Made by a program: the position numbers and the translations under genes
The notes under the pieces: generated by a model
The model's input: the letters and a program-made list of their open reading frames with translations, nothing else
The model's database searches: none
What the model was told of the DNA's origin: nothing
DNA from: Demequinaceae bacterium
Lineage (GTDB): Bacteria; Actinomycetota; Actinomycetes; Actinomycetales; Demequinaceae
Assembly: GCA_965250005.1 (NCBI GenBank)
Contig: OZ252279.1
Location: forward strand, 1,770,001-1,802,000
DNA length: 32,000 nt
Direction of reading: 5' to 3'
Shown here: one piece after another, positions 24,383 to 32,000 of the stretch
Position numbering within the stretch: position 1 is the stretch's first letter
How the letters are laid out: every line of letters starts with the position of its first letter

Positions 24383-26182
24383 ATGGAGCGCATGTCTCAC
24401 ATCCTGAGCGCCGTCGCCTGGCCCTACGCTAACGGCCCGCGACACATCGGCCACGTTGCCGGATTCGGTGTTCCCTCCGACGTGTTCAGCCGCTACATGC
24501 GCATGGCCGGGCACGACGTACTGATGGTGTCTGGCACAGACGAACACGGCACGCCCATTTTGGTTCAGGCGGATCAAGAGGGCGTTTCGCCGCAGGAGCT
24601 CGCGGACCGCTACAACCGCGTCATCGTCGAGGATCTCACGCAGCTCGGGCTTAGCTACGACCTCTTCACCCGCACCACTACCGGCAACCACTTCGCGACC
24701 GCGCAGGCAATGTTCAAGGCGGTGCACGCGAACGGCTACATGATCACCCAGAAGGGCATGGGCGCCATCAGCCCGTCGACCGGCCGCACGCTGCCGGACC
24801 GCTACATAGAAGGAACGTGCCCCATCTGCGATGCGCCCGATGCGCGCGGAGACCAGTGCGACACGTGCGGCAATCAGCTGGACGCCGCGGAGCTCAAGAA
24901 CCCTGTTAGCAAGATCAACGGCGAGACACCCACATTTGTGGAAACCGAGCACCTCTATCTAGACCTTCCGGCTGTGGCCTCCGAACTCGCGCGATGGCTC
25001 GGCTCGCGCGACGGCTGGCGCCCCAACGTTCTCAACTTCTCGAGGAATCTGCTCGCGGACGTTCGCCCGCGCGCCATGACCCGGGACATTGATTGGGGCA
25101 TCCCCGTCCCGCTGGACGGCTGGAGCGACAACCCGAACAAGCGCCTGTACGTGTGGTTTGACGCGGTCATCGGCTACTTGTCTGCGTCGATCGAGTGGGC
25201 ACGCCGCCGCGACGAACCGGAGTCGTGGCGCTTGTGGTGGAACAACCCCGAGGCGCTGTCGTACTACTTCATGGGCAAGGACAACATCACGTTTCATTCG
25301 CAGATCTGGCCGGGTGAACTTCTCGCCGCTAACGGCCAGGGCGCGCACGGGGGCGAACTCAGCGAGTTTGGCGAGCTGCGGTTGCCAACCGAGGTGGTGT
25401 CGAGCGAATTCCTCACAATGGAGTCGGCCAAGTTTTCGTCGTCGCGCGGGCACGTCATCTACGTGCGCGACATGCTCGCCCGGTACCAGCCGGACGCACT
25501 GCGGTACTTCATTGCCACAGCGGGGCCGGAAACCGCAGACGCGGACTTCACGTGGGCTGAGTTCAAGCGTCGCGCCAATGATGAACTGGTCGCGGGCTGG
25601 GGCAATCTGGTCAACCGCACGGCTTCGCTGCTCAACAAGAACATCGGCTCGATTCCAGAGCAAACGGACCTCCAGGAGATCGATCGGGACGCATTGTCTG
25701 CTTCAGAGGCAGGCTTTGGCACCGTTGGAGATTTGATCGGCAAGCAGCGTCAGCGCCAGGCGATTAACGAGGCGATGCGGGTCGTGGGCGACGCGAACAA
25801 GTACCTCGCCGACACGGCGCCGTGGAAGCTTAAGACCGCGGACCCTGAACGGATGAAGACAGTCCTCGGTGTGGCTGCGCAGTTGGTGAGCGACTGCAAC
25901 ACTATGCTCGCGCCGTTCATGCCGCATGGCGCGCAAACTGTCCACGAGACGCTCGGAGGCACCGGCACGTTCGCGCCGATGCCGGTGATGAACGAGGTCT
26001 CGGACCTGGACTTGCCCGACCGTGAGTACCCGGTGATTCAGGGCGACTACTCGGTAATGCATGGCACGTGGAGCCGCACTCCGCTGGTTCCCGGCACCGT
26101 GATCGAGCCTCCCGCGCCTATCTTTGACAAGCTCGACGACGAGATCGTGGAGCAAGAGCTCGCCCGTATGAGCGAGGACTAA
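24383..26182 (+). CDS. metG: Methionyl-tRNA synthetase (start possibly 24392)
   Basis: [47 protein letters not shown]...[21 protein letters not shown]. Confidence 0.97.
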   Translation: MERMSHILSAVAWPYANGPRHIGHVAGFGVPSDVFSRYMRMAGHDVLMVSGTDEHGTPILVQADQEGVSPQELADRYNRVIVEDLTQLGLSYDLFTRTTTGNHFATAQAMFKAVHANGYMITQKGMGAISPSTGRTLPDRYIEGTCPICDAPDARGDQCDTCGNQLDAAELKNPVSKINGETPTFVETEHLYLDLPAVASELARWLGSRDGWRPNVLNFSRNLLADVRPRAMTRDIDWGIPVPLDGWSDNPNKRLYVWFDAVIGYLSASIEWARRRDEPESWRLWWNNPEALSYYFMGKDNITFHSQIWPGELLAANGQGAHGGELSEFGELRLPTEVVSSEFLTMESAKFSSSRGHVIYVRDMLARYQPDALRYFIATAGPETADADFTWAEFKRRANDELVAGWGNLVNRTASLLNKNIGSIPEQTDLQEIDRDALSASEAGFGTVGDLIGKQRQRQAINEAMRVVGDANKYLADTAPWKLKTADPERMKTVLGVAAQLVSDCNTMLAPFMPHGAQTVHETLGGTGTFAPMPVMNEVSDLDLPDREYPVIQGDYSVMHGTWSRTPLVPGTVIEPPAPIFDKLDDEIVEQELARMSED

Positions 26183-26185
26183 CTC

Positions 26186-27037
26186 TTGACTCGTGGCGGC
26201 GCGTGGCCGCCTCCGCCCCAACCGCTACCTGTCGCGATTGCGGACAACCACGCCCACCTTGAATGGCCCGCGGGAGACCAACCCAAGACGGTTCGGGAGC
26301 GCATAGACGATGCTGCCGCGGCGGGAATCGACCGGATAGTTCAGATCGGATGCGAGCTGGAATCGGCCCGCTGGACGGTGGCGGCGGTTGACGACCACCC
26401 AGAGTTGCTGGGAGGCGTGGCGTTGCACCCGAACGAAGCTCCCAAACATGCAGACGGCTCACACGAATCGGGAATCAACTACGAGGACGCGTTCGCGCAA
26501 ATCGCGGCGCTAGCGCGCGGCGAGCGCATCCGCGTGGTCGGAGAGACGGGGCTGGATTTTTTCCGTACCGAGCCCGGCGGGAGGGACGCGCAGGTGCGCG
26601 CGTTCCGCGATCACATCGCGCTTGCCAAGGAGTTAGGCAAACCGCTCCAGATCCACGACCGCGACGCACACGCCAACGTGATCGCCGTTCTCGAATCGGA
26701 CGGCGCGCCCGAGCGGACCGTCTTCCACTGCTTCAGTGGCGACGCGGCCATGGCGCGCCTGTGCGCGGAACGCGGCTGGTACCTCAGTTTTGCCGGTCCG
26801 GTGACGTTCAAGAACGCTGCCGAGCTACGCGGCGCGCTCGCCGTCACGCCGCTCGACCTGGTTCTGATCGAGACGGATTCGCCGTTCCTCACCCCGCAGC
26901 CCCACCGCGGACTCCCGAACGCCCCGTACCTGGCAGCGCTGACCGCTCGCGAGGTTGCCCGAGTCAAGCAAGTCCCCCTGGAGGACGCGTGCATCGCCGT
27001 GTCCGCGACATCTAATGAGGTATACGGACCATGGTGA
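26186..27037 (+). CDS. tatD: TatD family hydrolase (TTG start inferred by the ORF track)
   Basis: ADNHAHLEW...VVGETGLDFFRTEPGG...QIHDRDAHANVIAVL...FHCFSGD...IETDSPFLTPQPHRG. Confidence 0.92.
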   Translation: MTRGGAWPPPPQPLPVAIADNHAHLEWPAGDQPKTVRERIDDAAAAGIDRIVQIGCELESARWTVAAVDDHPELLGGVALHPNEAPKHADGSHESGINYEDAFAQIAALARGERIRVVGETGLDFFRTEPGGRDAQVRAFRDHIALAKELGKPLQIHDRDAHANVIAVLESDGAPERTVFHCFSGDAAMARLCAERGWYLSFAGPVTFKNAAELRGALAVTPLDLVLIETDSPFLTPQPHRGLPNAPYLAALTAREVARVKQVPLEDACIAVSATSNEVYGPW

Positions 27038-27603
27038 AGCCCTTCGAGGTGGCCGCGAACGCGGCGCTCATTGTTGTGGACGTGCAAGAGGCCTTCGAGG
27101 ACCCCCGCTGGCCGCCGCGCAACAATCCCGCGTGCGAGGCGAATGTGGCGTTGCTCATTGAGCGCTGGCAAGCAACGGAGCGGCCGGTGGTGATGGTTCG
27201 GCACGACTCCGTCGAGCCCGGGAGCCCCTTTGCGCCCGGGACGCCAGGGAACGTGCTCAAGGCGGAGGTCGCCAGCGTCAACGCGGACCTGCTGGTCACC
27301 AAGAGCGTGAACTCGTCCTTCCACGGGAAGCCCGACCTGGAGGCGTGGCTGCGCGAGCGCGACATCGGTCAGATAGCGGTTGTCGGAATCCAGACCAACA
27401 TGTGCTGCGAGACTACCGCGCGGGTGGGCGGAAACCTGGGCTTCGACGTGCTGTTCGTGCTGGACGCGACAGCGACATTCGACCTCGACGGGCCGGACGG
27501 CCGCGCCTTCACTGCGGACGAGCTCAGCGCTGTCACCGCCGCAAACATCGACGACGAGTTCGGCACCGTGGTCTCCACAGCTCAGTTGCTCGACGCCGCC
27601 TGA
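27031..27603 (+). CDS. Isochorismatase/nicotinamidase-family cysteine hydrolase
   Basis: LIVVDVQEAFEDP...VTKSVNSSFHGKPDLEAWLRERDIGQIAVVGIQTNMCCETTARVGGNLGFDVLFVLDAT. Confidence 0.9.
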   Translation: MVKPFEVAANAALIVVDVQEAFEDPRWPPRNNPACEANVALLIERWQATERPVVMVRHDSVEPGSPFAPGTPGNVLKAEVASVNADLLVTKSVNSSFHGKPDLEAWLRERDIGQIAVVGIQTNMCCETTARVGGNLGFDVLFVLDATATFDLDGPDGRAFTADELSAVTAANIDDEFGTVVSTAQLLDAA

Positions 27604-27690
27604 CGGGCACCGTTCAAGCGGCTCGAGCGTTGTGCCGATATGTAGGGAGAACGGGCGTGCGCGAGCGCGCCCACAGTCGAAAGGCCCCAC

Positions 27691-28482
27691 GTGTCCGTCA
27701 CAACCGCCGCAGCGCCGGGTAGCCGTCGCGAGCGACGCGCACGCGCCAAGGCGCACACGAGGACAGTGCGGCTCGCGATCGTGGCGGGGGTGAGCGCTCT
27801 GGCTGTGACGGCCGGAGCGGTAGTCGCGGTGGAGGCGTCGGTGGTTCCATCTGACGCGATCCCGGCAGCGGAAAGCGGGACAATCGCGCCCATTCACGCG
27901 GGCGACGCTCCCATCGAGACACTGTCCACTGAGAGTGTCGAGCAGGTGATTGCGCCCGAGGTGATCGAGCAGGCGGACAGCTACTTGCCCGTGGGGATGA
28001 CTCGCCGAATCTCGTCCGGCGACCCCGGCCTGATGGAGGTCACGTACGTCGTCACCACGGTGGACGGAGTCGTGGTCGACCGTGTTGAGCTTGCGACGGT
28101 GGTAGTCGAACCGGCGACCGCCGATGCCGTGGCGGTGGGCACGCTCATCGTTCCTGAGCGCCCGGCGATCGCGCCGGGCTCAAACCGCGCGATCGGCAAG
28201 GCCCTGGCCGCGCAGTGGGGCTGGACGGGCATCCAGTGGCAGTGCTTCGACAACCTCATGCAGCGCGAGTCTGGCTGGCGACACACGGCCAAGAACCCGT
28301 CTTCGGGCGCGTACGGGATACCGCAGTCCCTCCCCGCATCGAAGATGGCCAGCTACGGCAGCGACTACCTCACCAATCCCGCGACGCAGATCAAGTGGGG
28401 GCTCGACTACGTCAAGAACCGCTACGGGACGCCTTGCTACGCGTGGGGCTTCTGGAACGACCGGTATCCTCACTGGTACTAA
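27691..28482 (+). CDS. Secreted G5-domain and transglycosylase (RpfB-position) cell wall protein
   Basis: TM/signal segment, G5-like stretch ending GTLIVPE, C-terminal WGWTGIQWQCFDNLMQRESGWRHTAKNPSSGAYGIPQSLPASKMASYG...WNDRYPHWY. Confidence 0.88.
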   Translation: MSVTTAAAPGSRRERRARAKAHTRTVRLAIVAGVSALAVTAGAVVAVEASVVPSDAIPAAESGTIAPIHAGDAPIETLSTESVEQVIAPEVIEQADSYLPVGMTRRISSGDPGLMEVTYVVTTVDGVVVDRVELATVVVEPATADAVAVGTLIVPERPAIAPGSNRAIGKALAAQWGWTGIQWQCFDNLMQRESGWRHTAKNPSSGAYGIPQSLPASKMASYGSDYLTNPATQIKWGLDYVKNRYGTPCYAWGFWNDRYPHWY

Positions 28483-29396
28483 TGGCATCTCTCTTAGGCC
28501 CTGGGGACATTCGGTTCCTCGCCGAGTCCATCGGCATGCGCCCCACCAAACAGTGGGGGCAGAACTTCGTGGTTGACCCCGGAACCGTCAAGCGAATCGT
28601 GAAGATTGCAGGCGTCACGCCGGGCGAGCACGTGGTGGAAGTGGGCCCTGGCCTAGGCTCCCTGACGCTCGCGCTGCTAGACGCCCAAGCACGCGTGACG
28701 GCCGTCGAGATCGACCCGGCGCTGGCCGCCGCGCTTCCTGGTACCGCCGCGCAACGCGCGCCGCGCGAGGCTGGCATGCTCACGGTCATTAACCAGGACG
28801 CCCTCACGGTCACGTTCGATCAGATCGCGGCAGCGACAGGAGATGATGCCGGAGCGGGTGATGGTGGAGCGGACCAAGCCCGTGAGCCCACCGCCCTCGT
28901 CGCGAACCTGCCGTACAACGTCTCCGTGCCGGTGATCCTGCATTTCCTGGAGCATTTTCCCGGTATCGAGCGCATCCTGGTGATGGTGCAGGCCGAGGTA
29001 GCAGACCGCCTGGCCGAGCCCCCCGGCACCCGCACGTACGGCATCCCGTCCGCCAAAGCCGCGTGGTACGCGTCCGTGCGCCGCGCCGGCAACGTCAAGC
29101 GAAACGCGTTCTGGCCGGTGCCGCGCGTGGACAGCGCGCTGCTGCTCATGGAGCGCCGCCCGCTCCCGCTCACCACAGCATCCCGTGAAGAGGTGTTCGT
29201 GGTGATCGACGCGGCGTTTGCGCAGCGCCGCAAGGCGATGCGCGCCAGCCTGCGCGAACTCGCGGGTTCCACGGAGGCGTCCACCGCAGTGCTCGAGGCT
29301 GCCGGAATCGAGCCGCTTGAGCGCGGCGAAAAGCTGGGCATTGGCGAGTTTGCCCGCATTGCTGAGGCGCTCGCGGCCTATCGCGTTCGCCCCTGA
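28482..29396 (+). CDS. rsmA: 16S rRNA (adenine(1518)-N(6)/adenine(1519)-N(6))-dimethyltransferase
   Basis: KQWGQNFVVDPGTVKRIVKIAGVTPGEHVVEVGPGLGSLTLALL...NLPYNVSVPVILHFLE; start overlaps the upstream stop. Confidence 0.95.
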   Translation: MASLLGPGDIRFLAESIGMRPTKQWGQNFVVDPGTVKRIVKIAGVTPGEHVVEVGPGLGSLTLALLDAQARVTAVEIDPALAAALPGTAAQRAPREAGMLTVINQDALTVTFDQIAAATGDDAGAGDGGADQAREPTALVANLPYNVSVPVILHFLEHFPGIERILVMVQAEVADRLAEPPGTRTYGIPSAKAAWYASVRRAGNVKRNAFWPVPRVDSALLLMERRPLPLTTASREEVFVVIDAAFAQRRKAMRASLRELAGSTEASTAVLEAAGIEPLERGEKLGIGEFARIAEALAAYRVRP

Positions 29397-29405
29397 TCTG
29401 ACACC

Positions 29406-30386
29406 GTGGGAGACATGGGCATGATGAGGTTGCCGGATGAGCCGAGCGAGCCGCGCGGGGTTTCCGTGCGTGCGCCCGCCAAGGTGAACCTGCAACTGTC
29501 CGTAGGGCCAGTCCAGGAGGATGGGTTTCACCTTCTCGCTACCGTGTTCCAGGCCGTGTCGATGTGGGAGACAGTGGTGGCCGTGCCCCGCGCGGATGCA
29601 GAGTTCACGTGCGCGCTTGAGGTGCGGCCCACCATCTCCGTTGCCGCCGGCGCGGTGCCGCTAGACGAATCAAACCTCGCGATGCGAGCCGCGCGGGCGG
29701 TAGCCGCACGCTACGGCGTGACCGCGGGCGTTGACCTGCGCATCCTCAAGGGCGTTCCCGTCGCGGGCGGGATGGCAGGCGGTAGCGCCGATGCCGCCGC
29801 GGCCCTGGTCGCGTGCGCGGAGGCGTGGGGCGTGGGCGCCACGCGTTCGGAGCTGGACGAGTTGGCGGCGACGCTTGGGTCCGACGTGCCGTTCGGTCTG
29901 CATGGCCACACGGCTGTGGGGCTGGGCCGCGGTGAGCAGCTCACGCCCGCGATGACGCGCGGCGAGTTTCACTGGGTGTTCGCAACCCAGGCGCAGGGGC
30001 TGTCCACCGGAGCCGTCTACGCGGAGTACGATCGCGCACTGGCCGACGGCGATCGCCTGGGTGTGCAGCCGCGTATCGATGAGGAGCTTATGGTGGCGCT
30101 TCGCGCAGGGGACGCTGCTGGCGTGGGGGAGCGGCTCCACAACGATTTGCAGGATTCGGCGCTCGCGTTGGCCCCGCATCTGTCGGCGACGCTTGACTCC
30201 GCGTTGAGCGCGGGTGCGCTTGGGGCGATCGTCTCGGGTTCTGGGCCCACGGTGGCTGCGCTGGCGCGTTCGCGGCAGCACGCACTCGGGGTCGCTGCGG
30301 GGATTTCGGCAGCCGGAACCGCGGACGCGGTGCTGTGTGTTGAGGGCCCCGTCAATGGTGCGACCATCGTCGCAATGGACGTTTAG
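29406..30386 (+). CDS. ispE: 4-diphosphocytidyl-2-C-methyl-D-erythritol kinase
   Basis: VRAPAKVNLQLSVGPVQEDGFHLLATVFQAVS...KGVPVAGGMAGGSADAAAAL...SGSGPTVAALA. Confidence 0.95.
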   Translation: MGDMGMMRLPDEPSEPRGVSVRAPAKVNLQLSVGPVQEDGFHLLATVFQAVSMWETVVAVPRADAEFTCALEVRPTISVAAGAVPLDESNLAMRAARAVAARYGVTAGVDLRILKGVPVAGGMAGGSADAAAALVACAEAWGVGATRSELDELAATLGSDVPFGLHGHTAVGLGRGEQLTPAMTRGEFHWVFATQAQGLSTGAVYAEYDRALADGDRLGVQPRIDEELMVALRAGDAAGVGERLHNDLQDSALALAPHLSATLDSALSAGALGAIVSGSGPTVAALARSRQHALGVAAGISAAGTADAVLCVEGPVNGATIVAMDV

Positions 30387-30523
30387 CCGCCCGAATTGGC
30401 TCGTTCGTCCCAAGAATCCACCGCCAATGTTCCGTTCCGCTTGCGGGTGGCTGGTGAGGGTTATACGTTTGCCAACCAATAGCGGCCACGGTTGGCTGGG
30501 CGAGTTATCCCGAGGGGGATCCC

Positions 30524-32000
30524 GTGCAAGTCCGAAGTCTGATTGTTGGCGCCGTCGTTGTCGCGCTTTCTGCATCCATGGCTCAGCCAGCTTCTGCGTT
30601 CGAGGCCGTTGTTGCGCCCGTGCCTGCCGCTCAGTTCAGCTCCGAGACCCCTGCGCCGGCTCCGGATTGCCAGCTCTATCCGCTTGCGCTCTCTACAGAG
30701 GTACTCGCGGAAGCCGAGGTGGGCATCAACTTTTTGCGTGTGCCGCTTGGTAATGGTACGGGCAACTTTTCGTTCTTGAGTTGGGCAGGCGTGAACGACG
30801 CCGACGTGTTTGCCGCCGCGATCGCCGCTGACGGCGGCGCCGCTGGTTACGTGAACCCAGAGGACCCGGCAGACTCGCAGCTTGACTTGGGCGACTGGGT
30901 GCAGGGACTGCCTGGTGTCAAGAACAGTTCTGGAGTGCGCGCCAACTTGGACGCTCTGATTGGCGCAGAGATCGCGGTGCCAACGTGGAGCGAACTACGC
31001 GGCGAGGGCGACGAGCTTGACTACAGCGTCGATGGTTTCGCGCGAATCAAGCTCCTCAGTTACAAGCTTTCCGGCAAGGGCTGGATTAGTTTCGAATACG
31101 TGGGTGACACCCAGTGTTACATCGAACCAGAAACGAACCAACTGCCGCTTGCTGAGGCTCAGGCTCTCGACACGGACAGCGAGACCCCAATTTTGATCGT
31201 GCTCGAAGGTAGCGACGCAGACGGCGATGCCATCACGTTTGACCTCGCGAGCCAGCCGGCGAATGGCGCACTCTGGGGCACCGCTCCGCAACTTACCTAC
31301 GTATCAGACGCCGACTACATTGGGCCAGATAGCTTCGAATTCACAGTGAATGACGGCTCTGACGATTCGCAGTTGGCAACCGTAAGTATCGATGTCGCGC
31401 GTCCCAACGACGCGCCCGTCATCACCTCGACGCCCTCACTCTCAGGACAGTTGGGCGACCCATACGATTACGCGGTCGCTGCCGTCGACCCGGACGGGGA
31501 CGCGCTCGCCTACACGCTCGCTACGACAGAACCCGGCTTGACCGTCGACCCGGCAACTGGCCTGGTGTCGGGACTGCCCCAGTCCTCCGCATGGCTCGAG
31601 GCTGTTGGCGGACCCGACCCTGCTTGCAAATCCTTCGACAGGAGTGTCTCCGAGCTCAACATGGAGCTTGGCTGGCATTGGAGAAGCCCAATCAATGGGC
31701 TGTCGAGCACTGTCATGGGTACTCCCGTGGTCGCCAGGATCGTTGACATTAATGGCGACGGTGTAGTGGATGAACTTGATCCGCCCACGGTTGTGTTCGC
31801 GGCGTTCCTCCGCACCTGGTCGGATGGTGCGTACGTAGTTGCAGTCAATGGGGAGACTGGCGCAACGCTGTGGATCAGTTCCCGGCGCAGGGTTTCCGGA
31901 TTCTCGTCGCCGGCAGTGGGAGACATCGACGGCGACGGCCGACTCGACATCGTCTATGTTGGCGCGCACGATCGCACGGAGTTGGTTGCATTCGACCACA
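30524..32000 (+). CDS. Large secreted protein with cadherin-like and FG-GAP/dockerin-like repeats, 3' end off window
   Basis: GTG-start open frame: signal peptide VQVRSLIVGAVVVALSASMAQPASAFE; SDADGDAITFDLASQPANGALWGTAPQLTYVSDADYIGPDSFEFTVNDG; DINGDGVVDELDPP; SSPAVGDIDGDGRLDIVYVG; not in the track because it is open-ended. Confidence 0.85.
   Translation, partial: MQVRSLIVGAVVVALSASMAQPASAFEAVVAPVPAAQFSSETPAPAPDCQLYPLALSTEVLAEAEVGINFLRVPLGNGTGNFSFLSWAGVNDADVFAAAIAADGGAAGYVNPEDPADSQLDLGDWVQGLPGVKNSSGVRANLDALIGAEIAVPTWSELRGEGDELDYSVDGFARIKLLSYKLSGKGWISFEYVGDTQCYIEPETNQLPLAEAQALDTDSETPILIVLEGSDADGDAITFDLASQPANGALWGTAPQLTYVSDADYIGPDSFEFTVNDGSDDSQLATVSIDVARPNDAPVITSTPSLSGQLGDPYDYAVAAVDPDGDALAYTLATTEPGLTVDPATGLVSGLPQSSAWLEAVGGPDPACKSFDRSVSELNMELGWHWRSPINGLSSTVMGTPVVARIVDINGDGVVDELDPPTVVFAAFLRTWSDGAYVVAVNGETGATLWISSRRRVSGFSSPAVGDIDGDGRLDIVYVGAHDRTELVAFDH

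Noticed and set aside
24149-25663. Minus-strand ORFs of 267 and 234 aa
   Set aside because: Antisense to rsmI/metG, low-complexity Arg/Ala-rich; high-GC artefacts.
26611-27897. 428-aa minus-strand ORF
   Set aside because: Antisense to tatD, the isochorismatase gene and the start of the G5/transglycosylase gene; composition is typical of high-GC shadow ORFs with no domain motif.

Overview
Actinobacterial-looking, high-GC window with two parts. (1) About 1..20540 is accessory, element-like DNA. It holds a leftward cluster ending in a conjugation/HerA-type ATPase with an MT-A70 methyltransferase, a lone integrase SAM-like domain ORF, and a very tight rightward four-gene operon (COG2509-like FAD oxidoreductase, nucleoside-2-deoxyribosyltransferase-like, large protein with C-terminal nucleosidase/phosphorylase domain, SLOG/LOG-like). 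It also holds an RHH protein with an upstream palindrome, a DUF5677-like protein, a sigma factor / XRE-HTH / ImmA-IrrE metallopeptidase operon, and a ubiquitin-like operon (multiubiquitin-type Ubl, DUF6791-like+ThiF E1, DUF6527-like Zn protein). Next comes a predicted PD-(D/E)XK protein whose upstream region shares a 37/41-nt motif with the Ubl operon, duplicated HTH ORFs flanking it, and two nested IS3-family elements. (2) About 20548..32000 is core-like chromosome: a truncated TfoX/YjbR-like fragment, a membrane protein, protein O-mannosyltransferase, rsmI, metG, tatD, an isochorismatase-like gene, a G5/transglycosylase (RpfB-position) gene, rsmA, ispE, and a secreted multidomain protein running off the edge. 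The best candidates for an undescribed system are the four-gene nucleotide-centred operon (3558..7614) and the Ubl operon plus co-regulated nuclease module (13101..17772). Family assignments come from motif recognition only; no searches were run.
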